A stretch of 63,539 nucleotides of DNA, filler included, from Aduncisulcus paluster (lineage: Eukaryota), in the NCBI GenBank assembly GCA_024181965.1. It is 8 parts of 8 records of this genome, joined end to end, with 100 filler letters (N's around TTAATTAATTAA, not from the genome) between each part and the next. Parts side by side here need not be neighbours in the genome. Positions count along the whole stretch, not along the records: positions 29,304 to 36,342 come from BQXS01012315.1; positions 36,443 to 48,305 come from BQXS01012316.1; 6 more parts are not named here. One strand, given 5' to 3'. The notes beneath the pieces were generated by a model. The model saw only the letters and a program-made list of their open reading frames with translations. It did not search any database and was not told the origin of the DNA. Made by a program: the position numbers and the translations under genes. This document shows positions 33,881 to 46,106 of the stretch, one piece after another (the stretch's first letter is position 1; each line of letters opens with the position of its first letter).

Positions 33881-35618
33881 TTTATAAAAATATCTTATTG
33901 GTTGCAAGAAAAATTTGGAAATTTCATTGGCAAATTTCTAAATCTTATTGATTCGAAATATTTTCATATAATATATTCATATTATTATTAATAAAAGTTT
34001 TTTAATACTATAAATATCCGAATACTTCTTTTTCTAACGTTTGAACAAAAATCTAACTAATTTCTGATCTGACGCTCAGGATGAAGAAAATATGATAAGT
34101 ATTGCAAAGGAACAGCATATATCAATTTAATTGTCAGAAAAAAGCATGAATATATCACAGCTCACAAACAGAAGAGTTTCGATCATCGATGACGTGGAAA
34201 AGGTTTTGATGATGAATAAAGCATGGAAATAAATATATCACAGATCAATCAACACACGCATCAAGTAGAAATAGAACAAACCAAATAAGACAATATTTTT
34301 TTGGTAGAGGTTCCCCCACTTTTCTCAGCCACCGCCGGTGGAAAGTTTGTATTTTTTTTTGTTTGTTTTTTTTGGGAAAAAAATATATTAAAGAAATGTA
34401 CAGTGCAACCACCGTACAGGGGGAACCCCCACGGATGGGGGTAAAAGGGGGGAAATTTACTACATAGATTGGCAGAAAATAAAAGAATCAAGTTCATTGG
34501 GCAGATCAAGTTCTCTTCTTATGTTGTTTGAACTGTTCAGAGAGAGAGAGAGAGAGGGAAGGAAAAAGCTTGGATTCTGCAAAACAAAGGAAAGATCACG
34601 AATCAAGAATCATCATCCAAGAATAAGATGATGTGACACACAGATTGGGGAACATCATTGATGTTATTGATGCTATTGATGTTATTGATGTGTTATTCGA
34701 GATTCAAATGAGTTAAGCGAGGAGCAGTTGTGTCAATTTGTCAATTATTTTCAGAGACAATGGGTGGAAACCAGGAGCAACGAACAGAACCAGAAAGTTG
34801 AGTGTTTTATATTTGTAGCAGTATTTTAGGGAGTAGTATGGTAAATATCAAACGTTTGAGTTCAGTTATATGACAATAAAAAAGAACAATACGGTGTCAA
34901 AAGGTTCGAAAATCAAACAAATATCATTGATAAACAACAACAAGCATTAGATGGAGAATAATGACATGGATACCGAGTTGCAATGGCTTTAAGCTCCGTT
35001 TTTATCGTAATATTCCAGGAATATTGGGAATTATTTGGAAAAATATTCTTAAGACGTTGGACAATGAAGATGTTATGAATGTACAGTATAAAGAGGGGAA
35101 TCAAAGCAATAAAACCATGCCATTTGCTCCACAAAATGTTTTTTGACCCGGAACTCGATGTTTTATCGTGTTTTATACTCATATTCTCATCAATAAAAAA
35201 CTCATCTCAAGAAAGGGCATAAAACATCATATTTCGATGTTTGGGAGTTAATATTTCAGTTAGAAATTAGCAGCAAAAATTCATTTGGTGGGAATCACTT
35301 TCAGTTAAATTGGATATAGCAAGAAAATTAGCTTGGCGAAGCTGAATCATTGGATAAAGCATTAATTTTGCTGGGATCGAAGATTTCATTGATTAAAAAA
35401 GATTAAATTGATATTACAGGTATTTTTTATTGCTATATTATCTCTTATAGGCTCAGGAATGGAAATTCCAGAAATTCAAAACTCTGCACTTGTGCGAAAA
35501 GAAATGAACAAAAACTTCCTTTTGATGAATAAATTTTTGATATATAAATTTTTCTTTCAGAAAAACTTCAGGTTTTGGTTAAAAAACAGAAGCGTGAAAA
35601 CAGAGGTCTCTAGACACG

Positions 35619-36025
35619 TCATACAGGCAGTCTGGGATCAGTTTCCAAAGTCTTCATTTCATAATCCTTGAGACAGCACAGCTCTCTACGACATAATGCA
35701 CATCCGAGGTGGACCAGGGGTCTTTCTTTCCACCTCCTGCTCCTCTCACTCATTTCCCTAGAATACTTCTTGGGCCAAGGAATGATGGACGGTTTGAAGT
35801 ATTTCTCTTTCGTTTTACGAATTAGTTCTTGGATTTCAACACTTTCTTCAAGGTCACATTCTATTTTACAGGTAAGATTGGCGATATCTTCACCAATTAA
35901 AGGAGATAATCGCTAATAAATGTTAGACATGGATTCTTGGGATGCTTCCCCGTTACGCAAAGGTCAGATCCCTCACCTTCAATAATTCGCTCACTGGCGT
36001 ACAAAGAACCTCCCATACATTCCAT
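35619..36025 (-). CDS. Possible small spliced gene (~120 aa; intron 35913..35956), function unknown
   Basis: A 97-codon open frame (35619..35912) begins right after CTAAC...TTAG. A GTAACG donor at 35956 would join it in phase 0 to ATG 36025. It could instead be transposon debris. Confidence 0.3.
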
Positions 36026-36057
36026 ATACTCACGGAGATTGCACGGAGGTATCATAT

Positions 36058-36311
36058 GATGTGTTTATTTATAGGACGTAACAGGTTCTCGCTAAATTTT
36101 TAAACACTAGGATTTTACGATAAATTGTTTCAGTAAAATTGGGTTTAATTTGCGAGATTTTTGGGTGTTTTTTGGCTGAAAGAACTAAAAGCTTAGGTGA
36201 CTACCCTTGCTCTTTGGTTCTTTCTTTTGGATTAAATTCCAGCTGTAAGACGATACACAAGTCGCTTCTCTTATACACAGGCCTCTTCCAAGCCCACATA
36301 GAAAGGTAGAT
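36058..36311 (-). repeat. Dispersed ~270-300 bp repeat, copy 1 (copy 2 at 59039..59336, + strand)
   Basis: Shared blocks ATCTACCTT..TATG(C/T)GGGCTTGGAAG, TAAGAGAAGCGACTTGTGTATCGTCTTA, AGAACCAAAGAGCAAGGGTA(A/G)TCACCTAAGCTTT, AAAAATCTCGCAAATT and CGTCCTATA..TAAATAAACA on two different scaffolds. Confidence 0.85.
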
Positions 36312-36442
36312 GCCCATCTACGTGATCTCTCTTCTCTGGTTCNNNNNNNNNNNNNNNNNNNNNNNNNNNNNNNNNNNNNNNNNNNNTTAATTAATTAANN
36401 NNNNNNNNNNNNNNNNNNNNNNNNNNNNNNNNNNNNNNNNNN

Positions 36443-39277
36443 GGTCGAAGTTGATCCGTCCACACTGTTTGTTTGGTGAGGTTCAGAGGTTGTTCCAGAA
36501 TTCATCTCAGATTGAGTTTCATGCTTCTTCAATTCCCTCGCTTGGTTTATCTCGGCAAGGATACGTTGGCGCTTCTTCTCTCCTCTCTCTTCTTCTCCTC
36601 TCTCTCTTTGAGTTAGAGCACGAACAGGGAACAAGGAAGTGAAGGAAGATGAAAGTGGGAGAGGAAGAGACAAAGACGGGAGAGAAACCATCTTCTCCAT
36701 ACTTTCCCCTTCTCCAGTGCCAATGTCCTCTTCATCAACTGTTCCAGTCACACTCTCGCTTCGGATGGCCTGATCGTCATCGAGAACAACCTCCTCAAGC
36801 TCAGCATCATCGTCATCGATCGTGTCACCAGAGACAGAGGGGTCATTCTTGTAGAGAGGGATAGACAGGGACTGGTGAGACGAGTTGTGCGAAGGGAGAG
36901 GTGTGGCTGAAGATGTAGGGGTGAGGCCAGGAGAGATAGGAAGACCGACCCCATTGACATATGGTTGGTCAGGTCCCTCATCAGAGTCTCCAAGGCATTC
37001 GCGTTCCATGTGTCCAATACTGTTATGCCTAAGCATACCGCCCCTGTGCAGATCTCGATGGTTATTCATGTTCATCATTGTTAAGGCAACTTTTTCCATC
37101 TTATATCGTGTAAGAGAGGAGAAGAAAGAGCGAGGGGTAAGATGAGAGGAGGAATTACTGAGAGAATGAGTCGAATTATGTGCGGAGGAAAGATTGATAT
37201 GAAGATCTCCAAGAGAATCTTTGGAGGAAGAAAGAGTGGAATCTTTTCGTTTAAGTTCATCGAGTTTCAAGCGTATTTCTGTTTCTCGATGTTCATCGAG
37301 TTTCTCTTCCTCCCTCATTTCCTTCTCCTTAACATCTCTGATTTTAACTAGACTGATATCTCCTTCACTGCGGCGTCTGACAGCCTTTGGGCATGATAAA
37401 ATGAGGGTTTCTCTTTGTTTAGCGTGCAGAGAGAAGTGGAATATGCGGAGGAAGTGAGAAGGGGGAACGGTGGAAGGAGGAGGAGGGGGAAGCAAGGGAG
37501 AGGAAGAGAGGTCATCGTCAGAGAGATCATGCCTACAATGTTCATTTTGAGAGGATAATGTTGATTTAGAAGCATATTTCTCCTGGGATTCTTCTTTATC
37601 CGAAGAGATGGAATCCTCAACAGTCCTCGGAGAAGTATCTATTTCTATTTTTGGAGCATCTATTTTGGGATCGGAATGTTCTTTTAATGATTCCTGCTCC
37701 TTCTGAACAGGATGTTCTATAGGTTTGGACGGATCAGTGATGTTCTCAGTCACAGCAACAGATGAGAGAGGAGAAGTTCCATTTGTGATGGAGAGTGAAG
37801 ATGCTGAGATCGTTGGATTCAGGACAATGGAGGTCTGGATAGGGGAGGAAGTGGAAGACAATGAAGAGATGGAAGTGGATGTCGAACTTGGACATTTTAT
37901 CGAAGACTTGCTCTCAACACTTCTCTGCAAGGTCATACTATTCTGGTGAGGAATACTAATACCATAAGAGGAAGGGGTTGAATCGTGGATCGCTTTGAAC
38001 TTGGGTTCAGATCGAAGACGTTCCTTCTCTCTCCTTTTGACCCTTCCACAAACACACTCGCCATCACAGACGTCCCATAGTCGGCCCTCTTGACTAAAGA
38101 AAGGGTGGGCAATGACATCAGCAATCATCAGTCTCGAGACAGGATCCTTACACAGCATGCCACACATCAGATCAAAAAGGAGGGGGGAGCATGGAGGAAG
38201 AGGTGGAACAGAAGTCGCAATGGACTCGTGGAGATCGGCAAGGTCATGGGTGAAGAAAGGAAGAAGACCGCCAGTCAGCAGGAAGAAGAAAGAAACACCG
38301 AGAGACCACACATCGGGAGTATTTGGAGGGTATGGAACACCTGTGAGAGTCTCAGGGGATAGAAATGCTGGGGTTCCAACTGTACCAGAGAGATAATTCT
38401 CAGAAAAAGCAGAACCTCCATCAAATACTTCACTCACACTCATGTCTGTAAGTTTAATATGAGGAACTGGCGATAATTCTGTTTCTGAAGGCATTGTTTC
38501 CTTATCTTTTTCATTGGGATTAAGTGATATCCCCTTTTCAAGTTCTGGAATCCCACCCACAGGTGTTTCCTTTGACGTTTTCTTCCTCATTCCAACTATT
38601 AAAAAGTTCTCAGGTTTGAGATCTCGATGTACTATTCCATGCTGGTGAAGATGAAGAAGACCTTTTATCATATCTAAAAACATATATCTAAGAATACAAT
38701 CACTAATGGGTCCCCGAGGTGGAATTTTCTCGAGATTAACCTCTTCGATAACAGACCGGTCAGCCTTCTTCAGAATATAATCATGAACAGTTCCACCAGT
38801 GCATACTTCGAGAACAAGACAAATAAAGGGGCAACGTGGATCATCGATAACTTCCTTGGCACTCACAACATTTTCATGAGGGTCAAGTCTACTAAATATT
38901 GAAATTTCTTTGCGGACACTAGCAAGCATATTGCCTCCAGTCCGTATATGTGAGGAATTAAGTTTTTTTCTATTGTACATTTTTATAGCAACATCATCTT
39001 CAAAGCGTGGACATGTAGCAAGCATAACAATACTAAAAGTTCCTTTTCCAAGCTTTTTCTTGAATGTGTAATCATTGATTCCTACTAATTTGTTCCCTTC
39101 ATTCTTCATTATAGCGTGTTTAGTAAAAACAAAAGAAGATGCTTTAGAATCTGATTTTACAGGTTGAGATGGGTCATTTGAATGCTCATAATCTTCGGAT
39201 ATGTCATCATATTCTAATACAGCTTCTATTGGTTCAGTAACATTTGGAATTCTACTTGAACTCATTACACACCCCAT
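36443..39277 (-). CDS. CAMKK-like Ser/Thr protein kinase with N-terminal MGC acylation motif and long Ser-rich tail; 3' truncated
   Basis: INDYTFKKKLGKGTFSIV, VAIK, EVIDDP, HRDLKPEN, GTVGTPAFLSPE and DVWSLGV; the DFG position reads DMS. Confidence 0.9.
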
Positions 39278-39868
39278 TCACAATAAAAAACAAGTAAACT
39301 AGGCTGTAATATTAATAATAATACAGATAAATAAATAAATTTGTCTTTTATATTTGCTAAAGGGTATCAAAGCCATGTTTATTGTGAATTGTAAAATCTA
39401 TACATAATCCGACTCTGAAACCCGGGCAACAAGGTACAAACTTTGAATGGTTGTGAATATCCTACAATAATCGGAATAAAAATTGGGAATACATTTATTT
39501 AATGATTGGTGAGATAAATCAAAAAAAAATAACGCTATAACATCATTAATTGTAACATCAAGGGGATGACAAAGCTGTTTCTAATTCTTTATAAGCAGAA
39601 TATTGATCATCTCTAAGTTTTTTGAGTCTCTCTAATAAAGCAGCCTCCTGCTGCGCTAATTTGCTTGCACCACGGNNNNNNNNNNNNNNNNNNNNTGAAT
39701 TGTAAAATCTATACATAATCCGACTCTGAAACCCGGGCAACAAGGTACAAACTTTGAATGGTTGTGAATATCCTACAATAATCGGAATAAAAATTGGGAA
39801 TACATTTATTTAATGATTGGTGAGATAAATCAAAAAAAAATAACGCTATAACATCATTAATTGTAACA

Positions 39869-40639
39869 TCAAGGGGATGACAAAGCTGTTTCTAATTCTT
39901 TATAAGCAGAATATTGATCATCTCTAAGTTTTTTGAGTCTCTCTAATAAAGCAGCCTCCTGCTGCGCTAATTTGCTTGCACCACGGATAGTAGTTTCCTT
40001 TTTATGTACCAGAGAGGCAACTAATTTATCGTTGGCTTCCTCAGCCTCTTCTACCTGCTTTTCTTTCAGTTCTTGGAGTTTGCGATATCCTTCTATAGTA
40101 GACCCCCGGATGGATCGATTGACACCTTTTGCCCATTGTGAATATGCTTGTTTTTGTCTTCCCCGCTGTTCACGATGGAGTTTTGCCTGACGTTTCCTGT
40201 CAATGGCTTCCATTTGTTTTTCTTTCAGCAATCTATCACGAGATTGTTCAATTGCTGCTCTTCTTTCTTGCTGACGACGACGATTTTCGGCAGCCTCCAT
40301 GCGTAATCTTTCAGTACGAGCTAAAGCTTCCCTCCGTTTACGTTCGAGTTCTTTTTTATGACGGAGCTTCATGGCTTTTATATCAGCGGCTTTTTTCCGT
40401 GCAAGTTCTGTTTTTTGTCTTGCCAATGACTCTTCTTTTAACAATTTTTTCACACGGTTTTCTAATAAATGCAAATCGTCTTGAGCATCTTGAAGATCAC
40501 GTTTGGCATCAAAAACTCGCTCTCCTACTCTTCTTGTACTAGAACGAGGAGATACAGAACGGTATGGTGAACTCAATGGACGTCTAGATCGTCCAGGACT
40601 AACAGTACGATGAGCAGAACCAGATGGAATAGGATGCAT
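39869..40639 (-). CDS. Coiled-coil protein of a type common in flagellated protists (3' end duplicated at 39558-39675 by assembly overlap)
   Basis: AQDDLHLLENRVKKLLKEESLARQKTELARKKAADI and ASKLAQQEAALLERLKK; R/K/E-rich helix. Confidence 0.7.
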   Translation of the reverse strand: MHPIPSGSAHRTVSPGRSRRPLSSPYRSVSPRSSTRRVGERVFDAKRDLQDAQDDLHLLENRVKKLLKEESLARQKTELARKKAADIKAMKLRHKKELERKRREALARTERLRMEAAENRRRQQERRAAIEQSRDRLLKEKQMEAIDRKRQAKLHREQRGRQKQAYSQWAKGVNRSIRGSTIEGYRKLQELKEKQVEEAEEANDKLVASLVHKKETTIRGASKLAQQEAALLERLKKLRDDQYSAYKELETALSSP

Positions 40640-41047
40640 TTGACTATGAATATTTTATAATATTTTAATGTAAAGAAATAAATATATTGGTGAAATACAA
40701 TGATGGGGACAAGATGGCTTCCAAAACTTGACTTGCGAAAAAATCGAACTGGGATATCAACAGTTGTTCCTAAACATCAAGATATTTGAAATATTTATTC
40801 ATAAAATTGAATTATTCCTTTAACATTCTCTTCAAAAGTCCTGGAAAATCATATTGGAAATTCGGTCCGGAATTGTTGCGAAATAATATTATTATTATAT
40901 TTCAATGCATCAATTATGAATAAAAAATATTATAAACGTTGAAATATTGCAATAAAATATTTCTAATCTTCATAATTTAGTGGAGGATAAGAAGGTTTAT
41001 TCCAAGATAAAAAAAAAAAAGAATCAACTAATCAAAGATAGTATTTA

Positions 41048-44000
41048 TCACGTATCATCACCAGCAACACCAAGTCCCAGACTAGCTCGAGCTCTCACTA
41101 ATCCAGCGCATGCTCTACAAACATGGACTGGTTTTTCATAGCCCTTGTGGGGCATTTCAACCAATTCGCTCGTGCAAGGCTCACAAAACACATTCTTACA
41201 CCGCATACACAACCTTTTCTTCCGGAGAATTCCGAACTTCTTCAGGCAAGCACAACACTCTTTCGCATTACTTAATTTCGTTGAATCTGCAGAAGATGAC
41301 GTACCGTCATTTCCCCCTCCTCTGACAAGTCCCTTGCTGCTCTCACCCCTTGCAACAGCCAAGAAAGGAGCGACTCCATCCGCTACAACCATCCGTTTCC
41401 CACCAAGACCAATCTGTCTCAATGCAAGAGTCTCGACTGCAGTGAACCCATCAAGAGCAAGAACATCTTCCCTCGAGCGAGCATCTGGGTCTGCACCACA
41501 CACAAGCAGTATGGCAGACACATAGAGAGACAAGGCCTTGCTTTCACGCGCTCTACAGGTATAATGCATAGCACTCATGCCCCTGTTATCAACAGAATTG
41601 GGATCTGCACCCCGGGAGAGCAAGAAGGCTACACTACGGGGATCAAGGGATGCAGCGGCGACAGAAAGGGGAGTAATACCATGGCTATTGGGCATATTCA
41701 CCATCTTCTTGAACTTCTTAGTCCCGATCTCTGTCTCTACTTCAATCATAGCACAGACAGAGGGACCAAGACAGCATCTCAGGATATGCAAGGATGACTT
41801 TGACTCACCATTGAGGGAGGAGGCCACATCAATGGAAGAAACAGTCCATAGACTCACGAACTTAAGGATATTTAGAGCTGCATCGTCTGCAGTGGAACGA
41901 GTGAGATCACACAAACATGCATCAATGGCATGCTCACATGTGGGAGGAAGGAGAGAGTGTGTTCCAAATTGCTTGGCTATCCTGAAAATATGTTTACCTG
42001 CTCTGAGGGGCTGGGAAAGGATGATAGAGGATGTGACAGGATCAGCTGGAAGCATTGGAGGAATTGAAGTGGTTGTGGTCAATTCTTTCGATTCAAGGGG
42101 TCTGCCAGAATCTTCAATTGCACTCTCTTTCTTGTCCTCTTTCTCAATGATATCCTCAGGCTCTTGGAGTTCGGAGGATTTCTCTGGATGGGAGTCAGAT
42201 TGTTGTGTATCTTTCTCAGAATGAGGGTCAATTACAACAGATCCAATCGTAGATGTTGGAGTAGCTGCGACTCCACTCCCGACAAGGACACTATTGCCCA
42301 ATGGTTTGCCTCCTTCCCATGCCCCATCCTCAAGTACTTGCACAGAAGGTAGACATACACTATCCAATGCAGAATCGAGGAGGCAATTATCACTCTCTTT
42401 GCCTTCTTCTTCCCGGAGACCACGAGCAGATGACTCGTACATGCACAAATGCCTTCCTCCTCTGTCTCCTCTACCTGATCCATACATTTTCTTCACGCGC
42501 TCACCTTCTTTCTTCTTGCACTCATCAGAATCACACAAAGAATCAGAGTGGATATGGTGACTCGTTAGTGATTCATCGTGTATTGATATTGACTTCTTTT
42601 CATCGAACAGATTAGATTCCAAGTCTCCATCCTTGGCTCTGTCTGCATTCTTAAACTCCTTGATTATCTTTGCGATGCCCTTGTTCACAGCATCGTGAAG
42701 ACCTTCCCCTTTCTCATTCATGATCCCGAGAACATCAGGTGAATACAGACAGCCCATGCAGTAAGGATTCGAGGAGGAAAGCATATGGTGCAGACAACAA
42801 TTGCCTTCTCCGTCTTCCTCAAATACACTGGCACCAGCACGGAGAAGGAGGCGAATCACATCACAATAACAATAAAAAGAACTAATGTGCAGCGGGGTAC
42901 GACCACTCGGGAGACACTCACTCAGCGTAACATTGGCACGTGCACTGTGGTCATATTCTAGTGTATTCTCATCGTGAGCACACATACAAGTGGAGAGGGG
43001 GAGTTCCCCATGGAGAGTGGAGAGAGGGGGTAATTCGAACTCTGGGGAAATAACGAAGAAAGAAGAGAAATCAGACTTTTCCTTTGGAGAATCTTTAGAT
43101 TCATTCTTAGACACATCGGTCTCTATTGAAATATCGTCGCTGCTCTGAGCAACATCAACAGAATTAGGCTTCGAATTCTTTCCCCTCTTCTGATACTCGA
43201 TCCACTTGTGTTCTTCCCTGAGAAGTCGATTAGATGGAGTCTCAAGCTCAGCTTCGTGAGTCATAACCATTCGAAGGGCTTCATAGTCACCAAGATATGA
43301 ACATAAGTGGTAAGCGTTCCACCCGGATGGAAGGATGGTGGTCGTTCTGTTGCACACAAGGTCAGATTCCCGTGGGGTCACGTCACATTGAATTCTCGGA
43401 GGACATAAGATCCATTTCCTTGGTTTGAGGCACTCATGAACACACTCAAGAGAAGCAGAGAAGATGGAGAGAAGGAAGGGAGAGTGTTTTGTCAATGGTA
43501 GGGAAGCATTGAGTAAGGATAAAATGGGAGGGTGATGCAGACAAGAAGAAGACAAGGTCGAAAAGTCCTTTTCTTTTTCAATAACGGATTCATCAACAAT
43601 ATTCTCCTCTTCTTCTTTTTCTTCGATCGTTTTTTTACCACTATCTCCTTGATCATCTTTCTTCTGCATTACTGCACTATTGTTATCGGGGGAAGACGAA
43701 GGGAAGATGGATGATTCTCCGTCACTGCCATCAGATTCTTCGCCTGAATGGATACTTTTGATCACATCATCGGCACTGTTATCAGGTTCATCTTGTAACG
43801 AACTCTCAGAACTCTCATGCGGAATAATAGAGGCATCGATGCCTCCAAAGTCACCCTGTGTATCATTATTGGCAGAGTCCATATCGGATGTGGAAGAGAT
43901 GGGGTGGAAATCGTCGACTTTTAGATCTCCATGAGTCTCTCTTGGCTTCTGTATGAGAGAAGTGGGAACATCAGGGGTCTCAGAAATAACAGGCTCTACT

Positions 44001-45736
44001 TTCTCTAAGATTTCTTTATCTTCATGTTCTACCTCGGGGGAGATATCTATAGTGTTTGGTCCATTGTGAGTGTCTTCTTGTCCTGGGTCTGAACAATGCC
44101 GAACCTCAGCTTCTGTTTCTGTCTGAGGAGTATCTTTTTCAATGGATTCGGTGAGTCCAAGATACTCATGAACCCACTCATTTCGCCATGTCTCGCCCAA
44201 TTCAGAGCTTTCCCACTTCAACAACTCCGATACAATCTCGCTATGACCTCCAATCACAGCAAAATGGATGCACATCATGCCATCTGATGGAAGCACAGAG
44301 TCAAATGCAACATACGCCCTATCAATTGCGGACATATGACTGATATCGTGGGATTCCTTGTGTTGAGCTCCAATAGAGCCCTGGCTGCCAACACAAAGGT
44401 ACGGATCAGCGCCAAGAGCGAGGAGAAGCTGGACAGAGGCGAGATTACCAACCTTACAAGCAAGAGAGAGAGGGGTAAGAGAATCGCTATTGGGCATATT
44501 TATAATTGATTTGAACTTACTTGACAATGACAGAGTCGACACGGCAATCGGATCCTGGAGATCTTCAAGGAAGGCGAGAGGATCGTTTGAATATGATAAA
44601 ACATGAGCAAAGATTCCAATGCTCGTGCACTGCTTGACATTTGCACCAGATCTGATAAGAGCTCGGAAGCTGTTCCTGTTCCCACTCATGATGGAGAGCA
44701 TAAGGGGGGTAAACGAAGGGTGGAGAGTAGCAGAATTGAGGGCTTCTTTAATACATGGTTGTGAGGAACGTGATATAAGGAAGAGACGGAGAAATTGATA
44801 CCCTACACATGAAGCACAGGCATGATGCAAGGGAGAATAGCCGTCATTGTCAGGTTGAAAGGCACGGTAGAAGGAACCTTGGGTATCCATTGTACTGGAA
44901 TGGGTCTCCCTGAGTGTAGACATGGCGACATCCCTCATTTCTTCTGGAAGTTCACTGATTACCATATGCTCAAGCTTATCATCCTGGGTGGCATCGTCTT
45001 CAGCAAGTAAAGCTTCAACTATAGTGGTTATGCAGCTGAAAAGAGAATCAACGCTTTCTTCTTTTGTCAAGAGTGGATCTGCATGGACATGAGAGGATGA
45101 AAATCCGGTGACAAATTCACCAGACTCATCATCAAGACATCCAGCTATACATCCGAGGAAATTGACATCTCCAGATGCACAATAATGGAGCATGGATCTA
45201 TTATATTTATCTTTAATTGTTAAATCACATCCAACATCAATCAAAAGGTGAAGAACATCTTCATTCGGACGGATTAGAGAAAAAAAAGCTGCTGTCCATC
45301 CATTCTTAGAATCTACGAGATCAGGATCAGCATTACAATCGAGAAGGGCCTTACATGTACCGACATTTCCTGCTAATGCAGCATTATGAAGGGCAGAACG
45401 TCCATTAGCATTTCGAAAATTAACACTGGATCCACATTGGACGAGATGAAATATAGTCTCGGGTTTAGTATCGGGAGAGGCGGCGGCGAGGGATAATGGG
45501 GTTTCGCCATCATCCGAGAGGGGATTTGGAGAGTGATCGAGAGTATGGACAATATAGTCAAATAATGGAGTAGCGCCATACAAGGCGCATATATGAAGAA
45601 CGGATAAACCATCATCACGAAGAGAATTAACATCATAACCACGCGAATGGATAAAATCATTAAGGCTCCTAAATGCAGAATTATACCTGTTATGCTCTAG
45701 ATGGTCAAAGAATTCCTCAGGAATAGGATATTCCAT
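41048..45736 (-). CDS. Large ankyrin-repeat protein with C-terminal degenerate FYVE zinc finger (Rabankyrin-like architecture)
   Basis: Multiple ankyrin repeats (GETPLSLAA, GRSALHNAA, FTPLMLSI, LTPLSLAC, GRTPLHIS, GITPLSVAA) and terminal CCACLKKFGILRKKRLCMRCKNVFCEPC...VHVCRAC. Likely start ATG 45736. Confidence 0.88.
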   Translation of the reverse strand: MEYPIPEEFFDHLEHNRYNSAFRSLNDFIHSRGYDVNSLRDDGLSVLHICALYGATPLFDYIVHTLDHSPNPLSDDGETPLSLAAASPDTKPETIFHLVQCGSSVNFRNANGRSALHNAALAGNVGTCKALLDCNADPDLVDSKNGWTAAFFSLIRPNEDVLHLLIDVGCDLTIKDKYNRSMLHYCASGDVNFLGCIAGCLDDESGEFVTGFSSSHVHADPLLTKEESVDSLFSCITTIVEALLAEDDATQDDKLEHMVISELPEEMRDVAMSTLRETHSSTMDTQGSFYRAFQPDNDGYSPLHHACASCVGYQFLRLFLISRSSQPCIKEALNSATLHPSFTPLMLSIMSGNRNSFRALIRSGANVKQCTSIGIFAHVLSYSNDPLAFLEDLQDPIAVSTLSLSSKFKSIINMPNSDSLTPLSLACKVGNLASVQLLLALGADPYLCVGSQGSIGAQHKESHDISHMSAIDRAYVAFDSVLPSDGMMCIHFAVIGGHSEIVSELLKWESSELGETWRNEWVHEYLGLTESIEKDTPQTETEAEVRHCSDPGQEDTHNGPNTIDISPEVEHEDKEILEKVEPVISETPDVPTSLIQKPRETHGDLKVDDFHPISSTSDMDSANNDTQGDFGGIDASIIPHESSESSLQDEPDNSADDVIKSIHSGEESDGSDGESSIFPSSSPDNNSAVMQKKDDQGDSGKKTIEEKEEEENIVDESVIEKEKDFSTLSSSCLHHPPILSLLNASLPLTKHSPFLLSIFSASLECVHECLKPRKWILCPPRIQCDVTPRESDLVCNRTTTILPSGWNAYHLCSYLGDYEALRMVMTHEAELETPSNRLLREEHKWIEYQKRGKNSKPNSVDVAQSSDDISIETDVSKNESKDSPKEKSDFSSFFVISPEFELPPLSTLHGELPLSTCMCAHDENTLEYDHSARANVTLSECLPSGRTPLHISSFYCYCDVIRLLLRAGASVFEEDGEGNCCLHHMLSSSNPYCMGCLYSPDVLGIMNEKGEGLHDAVNKGIAKIIKEFKNADRAKDGDLESNLFDEKKSISIHDESLTSHHIHSDSLCDSDECKKKEGERVKKMYGSGRGDRGGRHLCMYESSARGLREEEGKESDNCLLDSALDSVCLPSVQVLEDGAWEGGKPLGNSVLVGSGVAATPTSTIGSVVIDPHSEKDTQQSDSHPEKSSELQEPEDIIEKEDKKESAIEDSGRPLESKELTTTTSIPPMLPADPVTSSIILSQPLRAGKHIFRIAKQFGTHSLLPPTCEHAIDACLCDLTRSTADDAALNILKFVSLWTVSSIDVASSLNGESKSSLHILRCCLGPSVCAMIEVETEIGTKKFKKMVNMPNSHGITPLSVAAASLDPRSVAFLLSRGADPNSVDNRGMSAMHYTCRARESKALSLYVSAILLVCGADPDARSREDVLALDGFTAVETLALRQIGLGGKRMVVADGVAPFLAVARGESSKGLVRGGGNDGTSSSADSTKLSNAKECCACLKKFGILRKKRLCMRCKNVFCEPCTSELVEMPHKGYEKPVHVCRACAGLVRARASLGLGVAGDDT

Positions 45737-46106
45737 ATTAATTGGTTTGCTTCTTGAATAGGTATAAAGAAAAAAGAAAAATAACAATCCAAAAAGGTGA
45801 AAGTGGGTCAAAATAATGTGATGGAGTCAACATCCTCGGAATATATTCTATGAAATGATTGATGAATTTTTTGTATTATAAAATCAATATTAAAAGCATA
45901 AATTATTTCAATGTTTCTATTTTCTCTCTGAATTGTCCGTTATGAAAGTGATCATGATAGAACCTTCTATGGTTTAAATTATCTCTATTTATTAGCACTC
46001 TTTTATTAATAATGTTTATTTGATCATCTTTTATCCATCCTATAATAAATTTGTCAAAATCTCAATTCGGCAATTTAAAATCAACGATTTCTCGCTGTTT
46101 TTAGGT

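Noticed and set aside
34538..34692. (AG)n microsatellite and 9-bp ATTGATG(T/C)T repeats as a CRISPR-like array
   Set aside because: Simple tandem repeats without spacers and with no cas genes; the context is eukaryotic.
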